DNA of 64,000 nt from the NCBI RefSeq assembly GCF_963921235.1, contig NC_086097.1, positions 146,198,001 through 146,262,000 of the forward strand, written 5' to 3'. The position numbers and the translations under genes are program-made. This document shows positions 1-10,835 of the stretch, in pieces (positions within the stretch are counted from its first letter, which is position 1; every line of letters starts with the position of its first letter). A model generated the notes under the pieces. That model was not told the DNA's origin and made no database searches. It saw nothing but the letters and a program-made list of their open reading frames with translations. This DNA comes from Mobula hypostoma (taxonomy: Eukaryota).

Positions 1-39
1 ATCACAACAGTATCCAATTAGTCACAGCCAGCCAACTTG

Positions 40-320
40 ATTAACCAACGAGGATAACTTCAATCACTGCTACTCTGAACTGACTTACTTTCAAAGTCTC
101 TTTACAACTCATGTTCGCAGTGTGATTGTTATTATTTGCAGCGTTTATCCTCTTTTCCACATTAGTTGTTTGTCAGCCATGTCTTTTTAGGTACAGTATA
201 GCCTTTTGTACAATAAATTTTTATTGTTCTTTTCCTATAAATGCCTGCAAGAAAATGAATCTCAAGATAACATACAGTAAAGCATATATGTACCTTAATA
301 ATAAATATACTTTGAACTTG
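40..320 (+). mobile_element. 3' remnant of a non-LTR retroelement (Rex1/L2-like tail)
   Basis: Ends in ...gcaagaaaatgaatctcaag...aataaatatactttgaacttg; a similar tail (AATAAA-like motif + TTGAAC repeat) recurs at 43803-43866 and, reversed, at about 61685. Confidence 0.45.
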
Positions 321-379
321 AAAATAACATGTTTACTCTCACTTTTTGTTCTTGATTGAAAACCAGTTCTCAATCTGTG

Positions 380-1030
380 ACAGGATGTTACTCCTGTCTC
401 CATGTGCTTGAACATTATAGATCAATCTACTGTGCAGGCCATTGAGAATCCTTTTCAAAAATCCAAATACACCATCTCCACTGTTTTTCCTTTATTTATT
501 GTACTAGCTCTATCATCAAAGAATTCCAGTACATTAGTCAAACATAATTTTTCTCTTTTTAGTCCATTTTGGCACTGTTCAGTCCTATTCTTCTTCTTCA
601 AGAGTTAATTACATCCTCCATTACAAATTGACCTTTGTTTTTACATAACAGGATCACATTTCTACCATTGGAACAACTCTGGGATCTATAAAACTTTGGA
701 ATGTGATAACAGAAGCATCTAACATTCCTGCAGTCAAAACTCTGAGAAGCAACTCATCCGACCCCTTGGATTTATTGGTTTTCAAGCAGACCAACTTCCC
801 TAGTATTATTTTCCTCACTCTCATTAAATCCTCTCTTCTCTAACTTACCTGGAAAGTTTATCATGTCTTCTGGAAGGACAGATACAAAGCAATTGTTTAA
901 ATCCTCTGCCATTTTCTTATTCACCATAACAAATTCTCTGTTCTGTTGAAAAGTGCCTTGCACTTTGCCCCACTTATCTTTTCCTCTTACGTACCTGTAA
1001 AAACATTTTTCTCTTTTTGTCAGTTCACTC
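380..1030 (-). mobile_element. Degenerate CR1 LINE ORF2 fragment
   Basis: ORF 772-1032 contains FYRYVRGK...MAEDLNNCFVSV, matching FYKYIKSK...MGEILNRFFASV of the intact CR1 ORF2 in this window. Confidence 0.6.
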
Positions 1031-1099
1031 ATATATTCTACGTTGTCTTAGATTACTCCACAGGTCTCCCTTGTCCATTCATCCATTCCCAGTAATCTC

Positions 1100-1248
1100 C
1101 CTACTGGCAGTTAACCTTGGAAGCCAAACAAATGCTACACCTTCCCATAACACCACCTCCTCACCACCATTCAGGGCCCCAAAAAGTCCTTCCTGGTGAG
1201 GTGCACTTTGCCTCCAGTCTGTCAGGGTCATCTACTTATATCCGGTAC
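1100..1248 (+). mobile_element. Penelope-like element remnant, left part (GIY-YIG region), interrupted by CR1
   Basis: Aligns with the Penelope remnant at 23500-23610 (aaatgctacacct...ccattcag...cctggtgagg...gtcatctac) and continues at 5434 after the CR1. Confidence 0.75.
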
Positions 1249-1313
1249 CATAGAAACTACAGTACAGAAACAGGCCCTTTGGCCCTTCTTGGCTGTGCCG
1301 AACCATTTTCTGC

Positions 1314-4250
1314 CTAGTCCCACTGACCTGCACATGGACCATATCCCTCCATACACCTCCCATCCATGTATCTGTCCAATTTATTCTTAAATGTTAAAAA
1401 AGAACCCGCATTTACCACTTCGTCTGGCAGCTCATTCCACACTCCCACCACTCTCTGTGTGAAGAAGCCCCCTCTAATGTTCCCTTTAAACTTTTCCCCC
1501 CTCACCCTTAACCCATGTCCTCTTAGATTACTCCACTTTTTCTCCCCTTGCCTCAGTGGAAAAAGCCTGCTTGCATTCACTCTATCTATACCCATCATAA
1601 TTTTATATACCTCTATCAAATCTCCCCTCATTCTTCTACGCTCCAGGGAATAAAGTCCTAACCTATTCAACCTTTCTCTGTAACTGAGTTTCTCAAGTCC
1701 CGGCAACATCCTTGTAAACCTTCTCTGCACTCTTTCAACCTTATTTATATCCTTCCTGTAATTTGGTGACCAAAACTGAACACAATACTCCAGATTCGGC
1801 CTCACCAATGCCTTATACAACCTCATCATAACATTCCAGCTCTTATACTCAATACTACGATTAATAAAGGCCAATGTACCAAAAGCTCTCTTTATGACCC
1901 TATCTACCTGTGACGACACTTTTAGGGAATTTTGTATCTGTACTCCCAGATCCCTCTGTTCCACTGCACTCCTCAGTGCCTTACCATTAACCCTGTATGT
2001 TCTACGTTGGTTTGTCCTTCCAACGTGCAATACCTCACACTTGTCAGTATTAAACTCCATCTGCCATTTTTCAGCCCATTTTTCCAGCTGGTCCAAGTCC
2101 CTTTGCAGGCTCTGAAAACCTTCCTCACTGTCTACTACACCTCCAATCTTTGTATCATCAGCAAACTTGCTGATCCAATTTACCACATTATCATCCAGAT
2201 CATTGATATAGATGACAAATAACAATGGACCCAGCACTGATCCCTGTGGCACACCACTAGTCACAGGCCTCCACTCAGAGAAGCAATTTTCTACCACCAC
2301 TCTCTGGCTTCTTCCATCGAGCCAATATCCAATCCAATTTACCACCTCTCCATGTATACCTAGCAACTGAATTTTCCTAACTAACCTCCCATGCGGGACC
2401 TTGTCAAAGGCCTTACTGAAGTCCATGTAGACAATATCCACTGCCTTCCCTTCACCCACTTTCCTGGTAACCTCCTCGAGAAACTCCAACAGATTGGTCA
2501 AACATGACCTACCACGCACAAAGCCATGTTGACTCTCCCTAATAAGCCCCTGTCTATCCAAATGCTTGTAGATTCTGTCTCTTAGTACTCCCTGAAATAA
2601 CTTACCTACTACTGACGTTAAACTCACTGGCCTATAATTTCCCGGATTACTTTTCGATCCTTTTTTAAACAACGGAACAACATGAGCCACTCTCCAATCC
2701 TCCGGCACTGCACCCGTAGACAGCGACATTTTAAATATTTCTGCCAGGGCCCCCGCAATTTCAACACTAGTCTCCTTCAAGGTCCGAGGGAAGACCCTGT
2801 CAGGTCCCGGGGATTTATCCACTTTAATTTTCCTCAAGACAGCAAGCACCTCCTCCTTTTCAATCTGTACAGTTGCCATGGTTTTACTACTTGATTCCCT
2901 CAATTCCATAGATTTCATGCCAGCTTCCTTAGTAAATACAGACGCAAAAAACCTATTTAAGATCTCCCCCATTTCCTTTGGTTCCGCACAAAGCCGACCA
3001 CTCTGATTTTCAAGAGGACCAATTTTATCCCTTACAATCCTTTTGCTCTTAATATACTTGTAAAAGCTCTTTGGATTATCCTTCACTTTGACTACCAAGG
3101 CAACCTCATGTCTTCTTTTAGCCCTCCTGATTTCTTTCTTAAGTATTTTCTTGCACTTCTTATACTCCTCAAGCACCTGATTTACTCCCTGTTTCCTATA
3201 CATTTCATACAACTCCCTCTTCTTCTTTATCAGAGTTGCATTATCCCTTGAGAACCAAGGTTCCTTATTCCTATTCAATTTGCTTTTAATCCTGACAGGA
3301 ACATACAAACTCTGCACTCTCAAAATTTCCCCTTTGAAGGCCTCCCACCTACCAATCACATCTTTGCCAGAGAACAACCTGTCCCAATCCACGCTTTTTA
3401 GATCCTTTCTCATTTCTTCAAATTTGGCCTTCTTCCAGTTCAGAACCTCAACCCTAGGACCAGATCTATCCTTGTCCATGATCAAATTGAAACTAATGGC
3501 GTTATGATCACTGGAACCAAAGTGCTCCCCTACACAGACTTCCGTCACTTGTCCTAACTCGTTTCCTAACAGGAGATCCAATATTGCATCCCCTCTAGTT
3601 GGTCCCTCTATATACTGATATAGAAAACTTTCCTGAACACATTTTACAAACTCTAAACCATCTAGACCCCGAACAGTATGGGAGTCCCAATCAATGTATG
3701 GAAAATTAAAATCCCCTACCACCACAACTTTATGTTTCCTGCAGTTGTCTGCTATCTCTCTGCAGATTTGCTCTTCCAAGTCTCGTTGACTATTGGGTGG
3801 TCTGTAATACAATCCCACTAATGTGGCCATACCTTTCCTGTTTCTCAGCTCCACCCATAAGGACTCAGTAGACAAGCCCTCTAATCTGTCCTGCCTGAGC
3901 ACTGCTGTAATATTTTCCCTAACAAGCAATGCTACTCCCCCACCTTTCATTCCTCTGCCTCGATCACATCTGAAACATCGGAACCCTGGAATATTAAGCT
4001 GCCAGTCCTGCCCCTCCTGTAGCCAAGTTTCACTAATTGCTACAACATCATAATTCCACGTGTCAATCCACGCCCTCAACTCATCCGCCTTCCCCGCAAT
4101 ACTCCTAGCATTGAAATATATACACCTCAGAAGATTTTTACCACCACTCACAACCTTTCTATCAGCGGATTTGCTTAAACTTTCAACATCATTTATTTTC
4201 ACCCCAGCCACACTGTCAGCTCTGGCACTCTGGTTCCCATCCCCCTGCAA
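1314..4250 (-). CDS. CR1 ORF2: APE endonuclease + reverse transcriptase (about 978 aa, no initiating AUG)
   Basis: APE motifs YFNARS, ISETWL, GDFN, SDH; RT motifs PGPD, YRPVSLTS, DFSKAFD, GVPQGSVLGP, FADD; uninterrupted frame. The track start is TTG and the first Met lies inside the endonuclease domain. Confidence 0.95.
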   Translation of the reverse strand: MQGDGNQSARADSVAGVKINDVESLSKSADRKVVSGGKNLLRCIYFNARSIAGKADELRAWIDTWNYDVVAISETWLQEGQDWQLNIPGFRCFRCDRGRGMKGGGVALLVRENITAVLRQDRLEGLSTESLWVELRNRKGMATLVGLYYRPPNSQRDLEEQICREIADNCRKHKVVVVGDFNFPYIDWDSHTVRGLDGLEFVKCVQESFLYQYIEGPTRGDAILDLLLGNELGQVTEVCVGEHFGSSDHNAISFNLIMDKDRSGPRVEVLNWKKAKFEEMRKDLKSVDWDRLFSGKDVIGRWEAFKGEILRVQSLYVPVRIKSKLNRNKEPWFSRDNATLIKKKRELYEMYRKQGVNQVLEEYKKCKKILKKEIRRAKRRHEVALVVKVKDNPKSFYKYIKSKRIVRDKIGPLENQSGRLCAEPKEMGEILNRFFASVFTKEAGMKSMELRESSSKTMATVQIEKEEVLAVLRKIKVDKSPGPDRVFPRTLKETSVEIAGALAEIFKMSLSTGAVPEDWRVAHVVPLFKKGSKSNPGNYRPVSLTSVVGKLFQGVLRDRIYKHLDRQGLIRESQHGFVRGRSCLTNLLEFLEEVTRKVGEGKAVDIVYMDFSKAFDKVPHGRLVRKIQLLGIHGEVVNWIGYWLDGRSQRVVVENCFSEWRPVTSGVPQGSVLGPLLFVIYINDLDDNVVNWISKFADDTKIGGVVDSEEGFQSLQRDLDQLEKWAEKWQMEFNTDKCEVLHVGRTNQRRTYRVNGKALRSAVEQRDLGVQIQNSLKVSSQVDRVIKRAFGTLAFINRSIEYKSWNVMMRLYKALVRPNLEYCVQFWSPNYRKDINKVERVQRRFTRMLPGLEKLSYRERLNRLGLYSLERRRMRGDLIEVYKIMMGIDRVNASRLFPLRQGEKKWSNLRGHGLRVRGEKFKGNIRGGFFTQRVVGVWNELPDEVVNAGSFLTFKNKLDRYMDGRCMEGYGPCAGQWD

Positions 4251-4252
4251 AT

Positions 4253-5188
4253 CTAGTTTAAAGCCTCCCCAATAGCACTAACAAACCTCCCTGAAAGGAT
4301 ATTGGTCCCCCTCTGGTTCAAGTGTAACCCGTCTCTCTTGTACAGGTCCCACCTGCCCCAGAAGAGGTCCCAATGATCCTGAAATCTGAAACCCTGCCCC
4401 CTACACCAGTTCCTCAGCCACTTGTTCCTCCTCCAGAGCATCCTATTCCTACCCTCACTGGCACCTAGCATAGGTAGCAATCCTGAGATTACCACCCTGG
4501 AGGTCCTGCTTTTCAACTTCCTACCAAGCTCTCTATACTCACTGTCCAGGACCTCTTCACTCTTCCTTGCTATGTCATTGGTGCCTATGTGCACCACGAC
4601 ATCTGGCTGGTCACCCTCCCACTTCAGAATGTCATGCAATCGATCAGAGACATCCTTGACCCTGGCACCTGGGAGGCAACAAACCATCCTGGATTCTCTG
4701 TCACGACCACAGAACCTCCTATCTGTACCTCTAACTATCGAGTCCCCTATCACTACCGCTCTCCTCTTTTCCCCCCCTCCCTTCTGCACTGCAGAGCCAG
4801 ACTCAGTGCCAGAGATCCGGCTACTGCAGCTAGTCCCAGGTAAGTCATCCCCCCCAACAGTATCCAATGCGGTATACTTGTTGCTGAGGGGAATGGCCAC
4901 AGGGGAACCCTGCTCTGCCTGCCCTTTCCTCTTCCCTCGCCTGACAGTGACCCAATTTCCTGTCCTCTGCTCCTTTGGCGTAACTACCTCCCTGTAGCTA
5001 CGATCTATAATGTCCTCATTCTCCCGAATGATCCGCAGGTCATCCAGCTCCTGCTCCAGTTCCCTAACGCAGTTTGTCAGGAGCTGCAGCTGGATGCACT
5101 TCTTGCAGGTGTCGTTGTCAGGGACACCAGAGGGCTCCCTGACTTCCCACATCCTGCAAGAGGAGCATTCCAACATCCTGCCTGGCAT
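4253..5188 (-). CDS. CR1 ORF1: zinc finger/leucine zipper + SGNH-type esterase (311 aa from first ATG)
   Basis: CSSC...CKKC, coiled coil VRELEQELDDLR, esterase blocks IGDSIVRG, HIGTND, DGLHLN; ATG at 5188. Confidence 0.92.
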   Translation of the reverse strand: MPGRMLECSSCRMWEVREPSGVPDNDTCKKCIQLQLLTNCVRELEQELDDLRIIRENEDIIDRSYREVVTPKEQRTGNWVTVRRGKRKGQAEQGSPVAIPLSNKYTALDTVGGDDLPGTSCSSRISGTESGSAVQKGGGEKRRAVVIGDSIVRGTDRRFCGRDRESRMVCCLPGARVKDVSDRLHDILKWEGDQPDVVVHIGTNDIARKSEEVLDSEYRELGRKLKSRTSRVVISGLLPMLGASEGRNRMLWRRNKWLRNWCRGQGFRFQDHWDLFWGRWDLYKRDGLHLNQRGTNILSGRFVSAIGEALN

Positions 5189-5433
5189 TCGCTCTACGCC
5201 TGACAATCTGAACAAAATACTTACTGGAACCTACCCTGGCCTGTGCCTGTCCTCGCCGAAGCCTGTTTGAGCCAAAGCCGTCCTACTCTGACTCAGTCCA
5301 CTCCAATGATGGCCGCTGTATATGGTCGTCTGCTTTTTAAACCTTGGCGCACTACGTCACGCGCCTGCGCAGTGCAGACCCTTCTCCCCGAGCAGTTCTT
5401 TAAAAGAAAAACGATTTTTCGACCCGAAATTCT

Positions 5434-5890
5434 TCCGGTACTCATGGTACAGCCTCCTCCACATCAGGGAAACCTGACACAGATTGGGTGACTGCTTTGC
5501 TGAGCACCCTTGCTCTGTCTGCTGCAAGAGGCAGGACATCCTGGTGGATATCCATTTTAACTCAACTTCCCACTCCTATTCTCGCCTGTCTGTCCATGGC
5601 CTCCTGTGCTGCCATGTTGAGGCCAAATTCAGGTTGGAGGAACACCACCTCATATTCCATCTGAGTAGCCTCCAACCTGATGGCATAGACTTCTGGTACG
5701 GTCCGGTAATTTCTCTCCCACCCTCTTGCTTACTCCTTTCCCTCCCCCACCTCTTATTCTGGCTTCTGCCTCCTTCCTTTCCAGTCTGGATAAAGGGTCT
5801 CAGTCAGAAATGTTGACTATTTGTTCCTCTCCATAGATTCTGCCTGAGTTGTTGATTTCCTCCAGCATTTTGTGTGCGCGTGTGTGTGTT
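5434..5890 (+). mobile_element. Penelope-like element remnant, right part (GIY-YIG C-terminal half + pLTR)
   Basis: Encodes GDCFAEH...HFNSTSHS...LEEHHLIFHLSSLQPDGI, followed by a pyrimidine tract and the pLTR motif aagggtctcag...gaaatgttgac...cagcattttgtgtg. Confidence 0.8.
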
Positions 5891-6994
5891 GTGTTGTGTT
5901 CCCTATCATTTCTTAGTTCTTCTCTACTGAGCTCTAAAATGCTTATTATTTTCAGGCCTACTACTGTTTCTGGAAACTTCCTTGGATTTAATGTTGTCTT
6001 TCATTTCTCTTATCAGACAATTTCTCTTATCATTTGTCCAGTCGATGTTTGTGCCATTTACAACTTGCGCACTATTTCTTTACTGCTAACTGTTGCCTGT
6101 CCTTCACACCTTTTAAAGTATTCTCCCACTCATCCACAGCCTGCTTTCCTCTCATGTATTCATGGCTTCTTTCATTTAGATTTTAGGCCCTCGTTTTGTT
6201 TGAACTTTCAAAGTCAGTTTTAAATCCTTTCATATTATGGTTTCTGTCTGGCAAAAGCCCCTCAACAAGATTATCTCATCTCATTACACATACCAAGAGC
6301 TATCTTCCTAACTGGTTTCTTAACATATTTATACAGGAAAGGATCTCATGTACAAGAATTCCAGGATTTTACCTTGTTTTGATTCAATCAGTCCTGACAC
6401 TGGTTAAAGTTTCCCATTATTACTGATTTATGCTACACCCAATGTTACAACTGCAATTTTTTGGACTACAAATAATTCCTGTCTAAATTTCCTGCCTCTT
6501 ACTATTTCCTAACTAAAACCAAAATGATTGTAGTTCCACATCATGCTGTGTTAAGCAAAGAAAAATTTTAACTACACCGATCTCCTCCTGTATTGATAGT
6601 TCTAATTTTTATTTCCACTACCATTTAGGCCTCTTAAGATCTTGGTCCTGCAGCCAAGAAATCACTATCTACACTACTCATTTATTCTACACATTCTTTA
6701 TCTCTCACTTAAATATTAGTATTTTTCTATCTCACGTCAATAAGAACAAAAATCGAACCAGGAAGCTTCTGCCCGAAGGAGAAACACAGGAACAGCCAAT
6801 GAAGAGCTGTGTATGTGGTACTTGAAACAACCACAAATGCAAAGCATGGGTATGTCAGAGAGAGAACTCACTGGCATGGTACAAAGCCAATTGACAAGGA
6901 AAAATTCCCAACTTTCAGGGGACTGAGAGGAAGGATATGGGCCTTTCCATTTTGAATGGAGTGGACAAGAAAGAGAGACAATGAAAGCTATATA

Positions 6995-7180
6995 CACTCT
7001 GGCCACATTATTTGTAACTTCCTGTAGCTTAATAAAGTGACCGCTGAGTTTCTCTTTCTGCTGCTGTAGCCCATCCACTTCAATGTTTGATGTGTTGTGT
7101 ATTCAGAGATGCTCTACCCCATCTTCCTCCTGTCAGCTTGATCCAGTCTGGCCTTTCTCCTCTGACCTCTCTCATTAACA
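6995..7180. mobile_element. Tc1/mariner remnant, left arm
   Basis: TA + cactct-ggccacattat terminal motif; body aligns with the Tc1 element at 59148-59375. Confidence 0.7.
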
Positions 7181-7310
7181 TTAGTAGTTTCCATTAAGAT
7201 TTTGACATGCTTGCTCACAAAGGCCTCTCTGAGACCAACAGAAAGCACAAATGTTTGTCTTAAACATTTTTCTTGTCATCAACAGACCCTGATAGATATT
7301 GGAAGTACAA

Positions 7311-7995
7311 AATTAGATTAGATTAGATCATGGGGACACTCAGTCCTCGTTTATTGTCATTTAGAAATGCATGCATGCATTAAGAAATGATACAATGTTC
7401 CTCCAGAGTGATATCACAAAAAAAGGACAAACCAAAGACTGACAAGACCACATAATTATAGCATATAGTTACAGCAGTGCAAAGCAATACCATAATTTGA
7501 TAAAGAGCAGACCATAGGAATGGTTTAAAAAAAAGTCTCAAAGTTCCAATCGACTCCCAATAGTCCCCCGATAGCAGGCAGCAGAAGGGAGAAACTCTCT
7601 CTGCCATAAACCTCCAGGCACCGACAACTGTCGATGCATTGGAAGCACCCGACCACAGCCAACTCTGAGTCCGTCCGAAAACTTCGAACCTCCGACCAGC
7701 CCTTCAACACTGAACACCGAGCACTATCTCTGCCGAGTGCTTCGACCCCATCCCGGCCACCGAGCAACAATCAAAGCCGAGTATTTGGGGCCTTCTCCTC
7801 TGGAGATTCTGGATCACACAGTAGCAGCTGCAGCAAAAAAGGCATTTCAGAAGTTTCTCCAGATGTTCCTCCATTCTCCAATGTCTGTCTCCATCAAATC
7901 AGGATTGAGCACGGCACCCTACTTGACAGATTACAGCTATAATTCACCGGAGTGGCCGCGCAAGCTGCGTCACGCCGCCATCTTCTCCTCTTCCA
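7311..7995 (-). mobile_element. About 690-bp non-autonomous retroelement
   Basis: On the - strand it starts with GC-rich gaagatggcggcg (YY1-like) and ends with AATAAA followed by a (TCTAA)n tail; no coding homology recognised. Confidence 0.55.
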
Positions 7996-8284
7996 TTCTG
8001 GTTCATTGAGAAGACTGATGGCAAGGTTGCTGCATGACCTTGGTTGTTGTGCAGACCAGGTGCTCTTTGCCGTGGTGTCTCCTATTACAGCCACCCAGGG
8101 GAGGATGTGCTGGACGTGGTGTGGGTGAGAATGGAGTAGCGGTAGGCATGCTGAAGTCCGTGCTAGGTTGGGAGCTGGCCTCTGCGGGAAGGCTCTCCCA
8201 TCAGTGCTGTTCATTCCCTGAGGCAAGCTGGATTGCCTTCGTCTGCACCCGCAAGGAATAAGGAACTGGTAAGTACTAAGTACA

Positions 8285-8548
8285 ACCAGCCTGGCCATTC
8301 TCCTCTGCTCTCTCAAGGCTTGTTCATTCGCAGAACACGTGCTCACTGAATGAACCACCCCGTCTGCCATCAAAGTCACCTAGATCACATTCCTTCCCCA
8401 TTCTGATATTTAGTCTGAACGACAACAGAACCTCTTGACCATGTCAGCATGCTTTTATGCATTGAATTGCTGCCACCTGATTGGCTGATTAGAAATTTGC
8501 CTTAATGAGCAGATGTACAGGTGTACCTAATAAAGTAGCTACTGAGTG
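8285..8548. mobile_element. Tc1/mariner remnant, right arm
   Basis: Ends gtacctaataaagtagctactgagtg + TA; - strand peptide QRRMARLV matches the transposase fragment at 59210-59404. Confidence 0.75.
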
Positions 8549-9489
8549 TATATTAAGACATTACTTCAGCTAAAGCTGACAATCAGATGAAGAACTGAAC
8601 TTTAAAGTATCAAGATGTTAAATCTGAACTGATACTAGGCAGTTTCGCATGATAAACATAATCCTAATTTCCGCACAGTGGGAGCTATCCTACTCATTGT
8701 GTCAGGCTGAATATTTTACCAGTTACTTTCTTTCTTTCTCTACTTGCCTAGCTATTTTTTCTTTTGGTATATATCCAATTCCTTTTGAAAAGATACTATA
8801 GAATCTGCTTCCACCATCAAGCAGTGATTTCTAGATCATAAGAACTTCCTTTTTTAAAGAAAAGGTATGTTTAACTTTCTTTAACTAATGCCCACACATA
8901 ATCTTATAAGAATATGTCTTCATTTACTCTTTGAAAATGGAGTATGGTTTAGAACACCTCAGTTAAATCTTACCTTAACAATATCATTTCTAATGAAAAC
9001 ACTTGTACAATGTTCTAAACCGATTCATTGAATAAATATAATTCTATTTAAGTGGGGGTGCAATGAAGAGACAAATAGAAATGGATCTGAGTCAATACTG
9101 AGGAGACTTTTTCATCTGTAATCTTGTATAATAAACATTTTTGTTAAGCATTGCATGAGAGAATGAGTAAGAAGACATCAAGAGGGTATTTTGGAAACCA
9201 TTGCACAGAAAGAAAGTACATCTTTGAGCCCATTGATCTTCACAAGCTTACCCAAGGTGTACTTCTGAATTACACAAGTCATGCTCAATTGGATCTGAAC
9301 ATTTTTGAAGTGGAGAAGGTTCTGGTGATTGTGAGCATTGGGAGAAGCTATGGTCTCTTGTGGGTCAATGTCAAGCTTGTGTGGAACGGTAAAATGTTTA
9401 AAATTCTGAATCACAACATTGTGCCACCTTTGGTACTTAAATATTAGAAGGGACCACGTGAATTATTTAACATCAGTTTGAAAGCTGAG

Positions 9490-9580
9490 AAATGCATATG
9501 AACGCTGGAGGGACTCAACATGTCAGTCAGCATCTGTGGAGAAACAGTTGATGGTTTCAGGCCGAGCCCTTCATCAGGAT
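9490..9580 (-). repeat. Penelope pLTR unit with hammerhead-like core
   Basis: - strand reads CTGATGA-agggctcggcct-GAAA-ccATC-aactg, then cagatgctgactgac...ccagc. Confidence 0.7.
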
Positions 9581-9822
9581 ACACAAAATGTTGATAAAAT
9601 AGAAAATTTTCACAGAACACAAAATACAAAATTTGAAACCTAATCTGGGCCTTATGAAGCCCAAAAGTTAAAAGGAGACAATAAATTTTGATCCAGGAAG
9701 AAAGTGCTTTTATTGTACCTATTGAATACAATTAACTGCTGAGAATAAACACTAATACCATCACTCCCTTCCAGTCTTCCTCCATAAATCATTCTGTTAC
9801 CTCCATAAAGCCCCAATGAAGA

Positions 9823-10835
9823 TAGACCATAAGATATAGGAGCAGAATTAGGCCATTCAGCCCATCAAATCTGCTCCACCATTCCATGACGGCAGATCGT
9901 GAGTCCCACTCAACCCCATACACCTGTCTGCTTGTCATATCTTTTGATGCCCTGACCTATTAGGAAACGATCAACTTCCGCCTTAAATATACCTTTTGGC
10001 TTGGCCTCCACCGCAGTCTGTGGCAGAGCATTCCACAGATTCACTACTCTCCAGCTAAAAAAAATTCCTCCTTTCCTCTGTTCTAAAAGGTCGCCCCTCT
10101 GTTTTGAGGCTGTGCCCTCTAATTCTGGGTACCCCTAGGATAGGGAACATTCTCTCTATATCCACCTTATCTAGTCCTTTCAACATTTGGTAAGTTTCAA
10201 TGAGATCCCCCACATTCTTCTAAGTTCCAGTGAGTACAGGCCCAAAGGTGCCAAATGCTCCACGTATGTTAACCCCTTCGTTCCTGGAATCATCCCTGTG
10301 AACCTCCTTTGGAGTCTCTCCAATGATGACACATCCTTTCTGAGGTATGGGACCCAAAACTGTTGGCAATACTCACTGTGGCCTGACTCATGTCTTATAA
10401 AGCCTCAGCATTATTTCCTTGCTTTTATATGTTGAAATAAATCCCAACATTGCATTTGCCTTCTTTACCATAGATTCAACCTGTGAATTAACCTTCTGGG
10501 AGTCTTGCACAAGAACTCTTAAGTCCCTCTGCACCTCTGATGTTTGAACCTTCTCCCCATTTAGATAATAGTCTGCACTATTGTTCCTTTTACCAAAATG
10601 CATTATCATGCATTTCCCAACACTGTTTCCATCTTTTTTGCCCATTCTTCCAATTTGTCTAAGTCCCGCTGCAATCACATTGCTTCCTCAGCACTACCCA
10701 TCCTTCCACCTATCTTCGTATCATCCGCAAACTTTGACACAAAGCCATCAATTCCACTATCCAAATTGTTGACAAACAACGTGAAAAGTAGTGGTCCTGA
10801 TACTGACCCCTTTGGGTCACCACTAGTCATTGGCC
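9823..10835 (-). mobile_element. 5'-truncated degenerate CR1 (second subfamily)
   Basis: RT C-terminal peptides CMIMHFGKRN, QRDLRVLV, MLRLYKT; 3' end (rc agaccataagatataggagcagaattaggcc) shared with copies at 49930 and 55212. Confidence 0.85.

Larger units (their letters stand above)
1249..5433 (-). mobile_element. Full-length CR1-clade LINE, both ORFs intact
   Basis: 5' UTR + ORF1 + ORF2 + short 3' UTR ending gtttctatg; flanked by 8-bp direct repeat TCCGGTAC at 1241-1248 and 5434-5441. Confidence 0.95.

Noticed and set aside
1366..5270. Multiple + strand ORFs (up to 191 aa) over the first CR1, and similar ones at 51027-54296
   Set aside because: Antisense shadows of CR1 ORF1/ORF2 with no recognisable domains
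7894..8379. 161-aa - strand ORF
   Set aside because: Spans the junction of unrelated repeat fragments
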